This document shows, piece by piece, positions 57,677-64,000 of a DNA stretch of 64,000 nt. Origin of the DNA: an uncultured Candidatus Saccharibacteria bacterium (GTDB lineage: Bacteria > Patescibacteriota > Minisyncoccia > Phycocordibacterales > PALSA-1337). The position numbers and the translations under genes were made by a program. A model generated the notes under the pieces. It was not told the origin of the DNA. It did no database searches and worked only from the letters and a program-made list of their open reading frames with translations. The DNA lies in NCBI GenBank assembly GCA_964357605.1, contig CAYHLX010000001.1:5159-69158 (forward strand). Reading direction: 5' to 3'. The first letter of the stretch is position 1. Each line of letters opens with the position of its first letter.

Positions 57677-59896
57677 ATGTATCTCAAATCACTGGAGATT
57701 GGAGGATTCAAGTCATTCGCCAAGAAAGCGACACTCAACTTCACCTCACCCATATCAGCCATCGTCGGTCCCAACGGATCGGGCAAATCCAACGTGGCCG
57801 AAGGATTTAGATTTGTCCTTGGCGAGCAGTCTATAAAAAGTATGAGAGGAAAGAGGGGAGAAGATCTCATTTTTAATGGAGGAGGGGAAGGATCTAGGGT
57901 AAATAGAGCCAGTGTCAAAGTTATTTTTGATAATAGCAAAAGGATGCTCAATGTAGACTTTGATGAAGTGACTCTGGAACGTGTCGTGCATCGCGACAAC
58001 AGCAACGAATACTTTATCAACGGCTCACCAGTGAGGCTCAAAGACATTGTGGAGTTACTCGCCGGAGCTCATATCGGGGCTTCCGGACACCATATTATTT
58101 CACAGGGAGAGGCCGACAGAATTCTCAATGCCAATATCAAAGAAAGAAGAGAAATGATAGAAGATGCTCTGGGACTTAAAATCTATCAATACAAAAAAAT
58201 AGAGAGTCAAAGAAAATTGGAAAAGACGGAGGAAAATATGAAATCCGTAGAGTCCTTAAGAAGAGAGATTGCCCCACACCTAAAATTTCTAAAAAAACAG
58301 GTAGAGAAGGTGGAAAAAGTTCAAGAGCTTCGCGAGGAACTTAGAAAGTTATATAAAGAATATTTAAAACGTGAAGAAAATCATGTTCTTTTGGAAAGAA
58401 AAAATATCAATGATGAAAAGGAGCCAATTTTAAAAGAACTTTCAGAACTTGATCGGGACATCGCCGAGGCCAGAAAAATCCTAGAAGGCTCAAAGAATAG
58501 AGATGCCAAAAGTGATGAGCTCATAAATCTAGAATCAGCCTTGCAGGAAATTCGTACCAAAAAGGATGCCCTGATGAGAGAATTGGGAAAAATAGAAGGG
58601 GAGATTTCGGCGGGGTTACGGGTTATTTTCAAAGAAAAAGAGAAACAGACTAAAGATGAGTTCAAGACGGTCTATCTCAAAGATGTTGAAGAAATAGCGC
58701 ACAAGATTGATCTCATTGAGACGATTTCGGAAATTAAGAAATTACTTTTTAGTTTCATTTCTCTTCATAAAAATAAGGAAAATTCTGTTTTAGTGGCAGA
58801 AACAGAAAAGGATTTGGCTAGTCTCAAAACAAAAAAATCAGATCTTGAATTATCTCTTAAAAAATCAGAAGGACAAGAAGGGAGCATTACTCTTGAATAC
58901 AATCAACTCCGGGTTAGAATTGAAAAAGAGAAAGATTCTGATCGGGATGCCGAAAAGAATGTCTTTCGTATTATTGCCAGACAAAATGAATTGAGAGGTA
59001 TCTTGAATGGGGTCAAGACCAGAGAAGATAAACTGATCATTGATGAACAGGCTTTGAAACACGAGATAGATGAGGCCTATTCCATGGTGGGGAGAGAGAT
59101 TATGGAATACAAGGATCTAGTCATAACTCACGAGGGAGATTCTCGTTATGATCAAATAGATAGGTATAAGGCCATCGAGAAGATCAAGATTAGAATAGAA
59201 GATTCAGGAGCGGGAAATGGTAGTGAAATCTTGAAAGAATATAAAGAGGTTGAGGAAAGGGATGGTTTTCTTGGTCGTGAACTAACAGATCTAGAAAATT
59301 CTAAAAAGTCTTTGAGCGATTTGATCGCTGATTTGGAAGCGCGGATTGATGTAGAGTTTAAGGAAGGAATTCTCAAAATCAATGCTCAATTCCAAGAATT
59401 TTTCTCGCTCATGTTTGGTGGTGGTTCGGCCTCTTTGAATGTCATTCGGGAAAAGAAAAGAAAGAAGAGATTGGATACTGATCTACCGACAGAGGATGAT
59501 GAAGAGCTTATGAATACAAAAGAAGAAGAGGAGGAAGGAGAAGAGGGTATAGAAATCAATGTGAACTTACCACGTAAAAAGGTAAAAGGTTTGATGATGC
59601 TTTCTGGTGGAGAAAGAGCGCTGACATCCATTGCTCTCCTTTTTGCCATTTCTCAAGTCAATCCTCCTCCTTTTATCATTCTTGATGAAACAGATGCGGC
59701 TCTAGATGAAGCTAACTCTCGCAAGTATGGCGACATGATTGCCAATCTTTCAAAGTATTCCCAACTAATTCTCATTACTCATAATCGGGAAACCATGTCA
59801 CGAGCGGGAGTGCTTTATGGAGTGACCATGGGTTCCGATGGGGCTTCCAAACTGCTTTCTATCCAGTTTGATGATGCAGTGAAGGTAGCGAAGTAA
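57677..59896 (+). CDS. smc: SMC-family ATPase (short)
   Basis: GFKSF, VGPNGSGKSN, ISQG, LSGGE, ILDETDAALD, ITH. 739 aa. Confidence 0.9.
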   Translation: MYLKSLEIGGFKSFAKKATLNFTSPISAIVGPNGSGKSNVAEGFRFVLGEQSIKSMRGKRGEDLIFNGGGEGSRVNRASVKVIFDNSKRMLNVDFDEVTLERVVHRDNSNEYFINGSPVRLKDIVELLAGAHIGASGHHIISQGEADRILNANIKERREMIEDALGLKIYQYKKIESQRKLEKTEENMKSVESLRREIAPHLKFLKKQVEKVEKVQELREELRKLYKEYLKREENHVLLERKNINDEKEPILKELSELDRDIAEARKILEGSKNRDAKSDELINLESALQEIRTKKDALMRELGKIEGEISAGLRVIFKEKEKQTKDEFKTVYLKDVEEIAHKIDLIETISEIKKLLFSFISLHKNKENSVLVAETEKDLASLKTKKSDLELSLKKSEGQEGSITLEYNQLRVRIEKEKDSDRDAEKNVFRIIARQNELRGILNGVKTREDKLIIDEQALKHEIDEAYSMVGREIMEYKDLVITHEGDSRYDQIDRYKAIEKIKIRIEDSGAGNGSEILKEYKEVEERDGFLGRELTDLENSKKSLSDLIADLEARIDVEFKEGILKINAQFQEFFSLMFGGGSASLNVIREKKRKKRLDTDLPTEDDEELMNTKEEEEEGEEGIEINVNLPRKKVKGLMMLSGGERALTSIALLFAISQVNPPPFIILDETDAALDEANSRKYGDMIANLSKYSQLILITHNRETMSRAGVLYGVTMGSDGASKLLSIQFDDAVKVAK

Positions 59897-59899
59897 GAC

Positions 59900-61819
59900 T
59901 TAGGCCAAAGAATAGTCCAAAGTTTTTCTATCTAGATCGGCTCCGACTACTTTAAACTTGATGCTATCCCCAAGGGTAAACTTTTGTTTGGTTTTTTGCC
60001 CGATGATGGAGTAAGTCTTTTTGTTAAATTCGTAAAAGTCATTGCCAAGATCTCTGATTTTGATCATCCCTTCTGATCTAGTTTCTTTTTCTTCCACATA
60101 GAGACCCCATTCGGTGACGCCAGAGATAGATCCTTCAAATATTTGACCGACTTTATCTGACATGTATTCTACTTGTTTGAGCTTCTTTGATTCACGTTCA
60201 GCACCAGCCGCATCTATTTCTCTAGCGGTGGACTGTTCCGCAACTTTCTGGAACTGGTTGATCTCGGTATCTCTAAAAGGTTCGTGATGCAAATGTCTCT
60301 GGAGAATTCTCTGCACTAGTAGATCGGGATAACGTCTGATAGGGGAAGTAAAGTGAGTGTAGTAGTCAAAAGCTAGGCCAAAGTGCCCAACATTTTTTGT
60401 AGAGTAAACGGCTTTTTGCATGGAGCGTATCACCGCCGTACTAATGAGCGTTTCGTGAGGTGTGCCCTCTATCTGTCTAAGGAGACTTTTGATTTCATGA
60501 GCGGTCACGGTACCTTCCTTGGTTTTTAGACTATAACCAAGAGCTTTGACGAAGGTAGAGAGATCAGACATCCTCTCTTTGTCCGGTAGGTCATGGATAC
60601 GGTAGATTGAACCGGTATCTTTCTTACCTTTTTTCTGGATGGAATCATAGATGAACTTGGCCACCTCTCTGTTGGCGAGAAGCATGTATTCCTCTACTAG
60701 TTTGTGGGTGTCTAAGCGCTCTTTTTTATAAACTCCGATTGGCTTACCATTTTCATCTAGTTTGAATTTTATTTCATCTTGTTCAAACTCTATCGCTCCT
60801 TTGCTAAACTTATCCTTCTGTAGAATTTTGGCAATCTTGTTGAGAATATTTAATTCTTGGTAATATGATCCAGACTTTGTATCGAGAGACTCCTGAGCAT
60901 TTTCATAGGTGAATCGGTGAGAGGAGTTGATAATGCTTTTTCCGAACCATCTGTCAGAAATATGACCTTTCTCATTTATGACAAAAACGGCGGAGAAGGA
61001 AAGTTTGTCTTCATTGGGATTGAGACTACAGACATCGTTGGAGAGGACTTCTGGAAGCATGGGAATAGTTCGGTCTACGAGGTAGATGGAACAACCTCTT
61101 TTTAAGGCTTCTTTGTCTAGAGAGGTTCCTTCTTTGACATAGTGAGAGACATCGGCAATGTGGACGCCGATTTCATAGGTGCCATTGTTTAAATCTTTAA
61201 AAGAGATGGCGTCGTCAAAGTCTTTGGCATCAAAAGGGTCAATGGTGAGAGTTAGAGTTTCTCTAAAATCTTTTCTTTTGGGGATTTCCGCTTCTATATC
61301 CGTAATTTTGTTTTCCTCTATCTCATCAGCTTCTTTTTCCACTTCAGGAGGGAAGCGAGTATCAAAACCTCTTTCTAGAACGATAGATTCCATTTCGGCA
61401 TTATTGTTGCCTTTTTTACCAATCACTCGGAGAATAGTTCCTTCTGGATTTTTGTTGGCGTCGGTCCAGGTGGCTATTTTGAACTGTACTTTGTCCCCAG
61501 CACTGATTTTTGAAGATTCAGAAGAGGGAAGCATCACATCAACGTACATTTTTTTGTCATCAGGAATAATGCCAAATTTTCCATCTCTCTCTTCTACGGT
61601 TCCCACAAATGTTTCTCGGGCACGTTTGACGACGGTGAGGACCTCCCCCCTTTTTTCTTTTCCGTCATGCACTAGTATTTCCACCTCGTCTCCATTCAAG
61701 GCAAAGTTGAGTTTATCTGACTCTATGACGATATCGTTCTCTTCATCCTTAGGATCAGCGACAAAGCCCATCCCTTTGCGAATGGTCGTGATGGTGCCTA
61801 TGATTTTCCGGTTTTTCAC
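59900..61819 (-). CDS. rnr: Ribonuclease R
   Basis: TIDPFDAKDFDDA, HIADVSHYV, YTHFTSPIRRYPD, C-terminal S1. Start uncertain (GTG 61819 or ATG 61837). Confidence 0.93.
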   Translation of the reverse strand: MKNRKIIGTITTIRKGMGFVADPKDEENDIVIESDKLNFALNGDEVEILVHDGKEKRGEVLTVVKRARETFVGTVEERDGKFGIIPDDKKMYVDVMLPSSESSKISAGDKVQFKIATWTDANKNPEGTILRVIGKKGNNNAEMESIVLERGFDTRFPPEVEKEADEIEENKITDIEAEIPKRKDFRETLTLTIDPFDAKDFDDAISFKDLNNGTYEIGVHIADVSHYVKEGTSLDKEALKRGCSIYLVDRTIPMLPEVLSNDVCSLNPNEDKLSFSAVFVINEKGHISDRWFGKSIINSSHRFTYENAQESLDTKSGSYYQELNILNKIAKILQKDKFSKGAIEFEQDEIKFKLDENGKPIGVYKKERLDTHKLVEEYMLLANREVAKFIYDSIQKKGKKDTGSIYRIHDLPDKERMSDLSTFVKALGYSLKTKEGTVTAHEIKSLLRQIEGTPHETLISTAVIRSMQKAVYSTKNVGHFGLAFDYYTHFTSPIRRYPDLLVQRILQRHLHHEPFRDTEINQFQKVAEQSTAREIDAAGAERESKKLKQVEYMSDKVGQIFEGSISGVTEWGLYVEEKETRSEGMIKIRDLGNDFYEFNKKTYSIIGQKTKQKFTLGDSIKFKVVGADLDRKTLDYSLA

Positions 61820-61876
61820 TCGAATACTATACCTCATATTGCCTTTTTTTGACAAGTCTGGTACTATGTCCCCCAC

Positions 61877-62227
61877 ATGTTAATGATTAGATTACAACGA
61901 GTAGGCAGGAAGCACGAACCGGTTTTTCGCCTGGTTTTGACTGATTCAAAGAACGGACCTAAGAGTGGAAAATATCTTGAAGTTCTAGGATCCTATGATC
62001 CTCGCCGAGAGAATAAAATCGAGCAATTTAAAGTTGAAGAAATAAAGCATTGGATAAGTAAGGGAGCTAAACTCTCTGACACCGTCCACAATTTTCTCCT
62101 GACCAAGAAGGTGATTGCGGGAAAGAAGATCAATGCTCTACCAAAGAAAAAACCTATCGTCAAACCAGCAGATCCCACAGTGGCTCCAAAAGCAGAAGTG
62201 AAAGCTGAACCAGCTCCAGCGGCCTAA
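61877..62227 (+). CDS. rpsP: 30S ribosomal protein S16
   Basis: MIRLQRVGRKHEPVFRLV...LGSYDP...GAKLSDTV. Confidence 0.95.
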   Translation: MLMIRLQRVGRKHEPVFRLVLTDSKNGPKSGKYLEVLGSYDPRRENKIEQFKVEEIKHWISKGAKLSDTVHNFLLTKKVIAGKKINALPKKKPIVKPADPTVAPKAEVKAEPAPAA

Positions 62228-62315
62228 ACTCTACTGTGTACAACCTCGTTTGACGCTATCTTACTGTAAGTTACAATTATACCGTACCCCGTTATCAGAT
62301 TAAACGAATGAAAAT

Positions 62316-62627
62316 ATGAATCAAGACCAGCAATTTTTGGAATACGTTATCAAAGCCCTTGTTGACAATCCTAACGATGTAAAAATCTCTAGAACTGTTG
62401 ATGAAATGGGTGTGCTCATGACCCTTGAGGTCCATGCTTTGGATATGGGAAAGGTGATCGGTCGTTCAGGAAACACCGCCAAAGCGATCCGCACTCTGCT
62501 CCGTGTTGTTGGGATGAAGAATAACTCTCGAGTGAATTTGAAGATCAATGAACCAGAAGGAGGTATGAAGCCAGTAGAGAAAGCTTCAAAGACGGTAGAT
62601 GAAGCCATGGCGGATTTGAAGATATAG
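62316..62627 (+). CDS. khpA: KH-domain RNA-binding protein (KhpA/YlqC family)
   Basis: LVDNP.DV, DMGKVIGRSGNTAKAIRTL. Lies between rpsP and trmD. Confidence 0.88.
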   Translation: MNQDQQFLEYVIKALVDNPNDVKISRTVDEMGVLMTLEVHALDMGKVIGRSGNTAKAIRTLLRVVGMKNNSRVNLKINEPEGGMKPVEKASKTVDEAMADLKI

Positions 62628-62685
62628 AACATAGTCTAGCTAAGATTGAAAAAGTGTGGTAATGTAATGCCACCCTTTTTCATTT

Positions 62686-63330
62686 ATGACCTACCACATC
62701 ATCAGTCTTTTTCCCCAGTCTCTGGATTCATACCTCAATGAGTCTATTTTAAAGCGTGCTATAGAAGACAAGAAGATCAAAGTTAAGTTCTACAACCCGC
62801 GAGATTTCACTAAGGGCACAAGTTATGCTGAACGTAGAGTTGACGATAAGCCTTATGGTGGAGGTCCGGGAATGGTGATAGAAGCCTTACCAGTAATGAA
62901 GGCGATTGCCAAGGCCAAAGGAAAGAAGAATGCCAAAATCATTTGGCTCGTTCCATCTGGAAAACAGTTTGATACGGCGTATGCCAAAGATCTAGCCAAG
63001 AAACACAAAGATATTATTATCGTTTGTGGAAGATATGAGGGAATAGACGCGCGGGTCAAAAAAGCTTTTAAGGTAGAAGAAATCTCTGTTGGACCATTTG
63101 TTTTGACTGGAGGAGAACTGCCGGCGATGATGATGATTGATGTAATTTCTCGTCAAATAGAGGGAGTCCTTGGTGACCACGCTTCTCTAGAAGAAAACAG
63201 AATCGCCTCTCCCGATGTCTATACTCGTCCAGAAGTAGTAGAATATAAGGGAAAGAAATATAAAGTACCCAAAGTACTCCTTTCAGGTAATCACAAACTT
63301 ATTGATGAGTGGAAAAAGCAACAGCGGTAA
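62686..63330 (+). CDS. trmD: tRNA (guanine37-N1)-methyltransferase
   Basis: VDDKPYGGGPGMV, CGRYEGIDAR, VLTGGE, YTRP, VLLSGNH. Confidence 0.96.
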   Translation: MTYHIISLFPQSLDSYLNESILKRAIEDKKIKVKFYNPRDFTKGTSYAERRVDDKPYGGGPGMVIEALPVMKAIAKAKGKKNAKIIWLVPSGKQFDTAYAKDLAKKHKDIIIVCGRYEGIDARVKKAFKVEEISVGPFVLTGGELPAMMMIDVISRQIEGVLGDHASLEENRIASPDVYTRPEVVEYKGKKYKVPKVLLSGNHKLIDEWKKQQR

Positions 63331-64000
63331 GATTTTAGTAATAAGCTTAGCGATTCTGTTCGCTATCGCTGTTTATTACTCCTCCACCACAATCTCTTCT
63401 AATACAGATTTTTCTTCGCCATTCTCCTTTACCAAATCTACAGATAAATTATCTATCTTAGTTGTAGGAGACATGATGCTTGATAGGAATGTGAGAAATC
63501 TCATAAATAAAAATGGCTTTGAAGAATTTTTCTCTGGGGTTAAAGAACTGGTGAGTGGAGCAGATATAGCGGTAGCTAATCTAGAAGGACCTTTTACCCC
63601 GTATCCTTCTTTAACCGCCAGTCTGGTAAATAAAACTTTAACCTTTACCTTTGATCCCGCTCTCGCTCCGAAACTTTCTGATCTCGGTTTTGATATTCTT
63701 GGTCTAGCGAACAATCACACTTTGAATTTTGGTAGGGAAGGATTGGAAATGACTCGGGAATATGTTCGAGAAGCAGGAATGTTCTATTATGGTGATCCAA
63801 ACAATGCCACCGAACTAAGTATCATCACGGCTGAAAATGGCATCAGTGTGGGTTTTGTGGGTTTTCATGAATTTACTTATGTAAATTTTACAAAAGTGCT
63901 GGAGGAGATTGACTACCTCCGGGCTCAAGTGGATGTCGTCATCGTGACGCCGCATTGGGGAGAAGAATATCAAAGAGAACCGACAGAAAATATGAAAAAG
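63305..64000 (+). CDS. CapA family (PGA_cap) metallophosphatase, truncated by the window end
   Basis: Absent from the ORF track (no stop in window). MSGKSNSGKILVISLAILF...VVGDMMLDRNV...NLEGP...LANNHTLNFG...PHWGEEY. Confidence 0.88.
   Translation, partial: MSGKSNSGKILVISLAILFAIAVYYSSTTISSNTDFSSPFSFTKSTDKLSILVVGDMMLDRNVRNLINKNGFEEFFSGVKELVSGADIAVANLEGPFTPYPSLTASLVNKTLTFTFDPALAPKLSDLGFDILGLANNHTLNFGREGLEMTREYVREAGMFYYGDPNNATELSIITAENGISVGFVGFHEFTYVNFTKVLEEIDYLRAQVDVVIVTPHWGEEYQREPTENMKK

Noticed and set aside
63376-63714. Minus-strand 112-aa ORF
   Set aside because: Antisense to the CapA-family gene, which has clear motifs.

Overview
Bacterial chromosomal window in standard code 11. The gene content and promoter style suggest a Patescibacteria/CPR (Parcubacteria-like) genome (inference): monomeric PheRS, short EF-Ts and SMC, many type IV pilins, and -10 boxes directly before start codons. 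(1) 1-25.8 kb is a surface-protein island. It holds LamG-domain proteins and LamG pilins, four tandem LamG + beta-helix + dockerin proteins, and four cohesin-bearing proteins, two of which carry both cohesin and dockerin. Between the dockerin genes sit three inserts: an AbiEi/AbiEii pair with a frameshifted toxin, a 60-bp inverted-repeat element and an AAA+ ATPase. Each insert is followed by a second copy of the dockerin gene 3' end. (2) 25.9-50.7 kb and 54.4-64 kb are mostly housekeeping: tgt, fba, rplY, rpmE, prfA, rpsB, tsf, tRNA-Thr, pheS, gyrB, thrS, dnaE, rnhB, rpmF, nusB, rnc, smc, rnr, rpsP, trmD. (3) 50.8-53.5 kb is a diversity-generating retroelement (DGR). VR 51620-51724 and TR 52015-52119 differ at 20 positions, all TR adenines. 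Its avd-like gene is antisense to TR and the RT gene and is out of frame at a G10 tract, a candidate phase-variable switch. All alignments and counts were done by eye; no searches were run.
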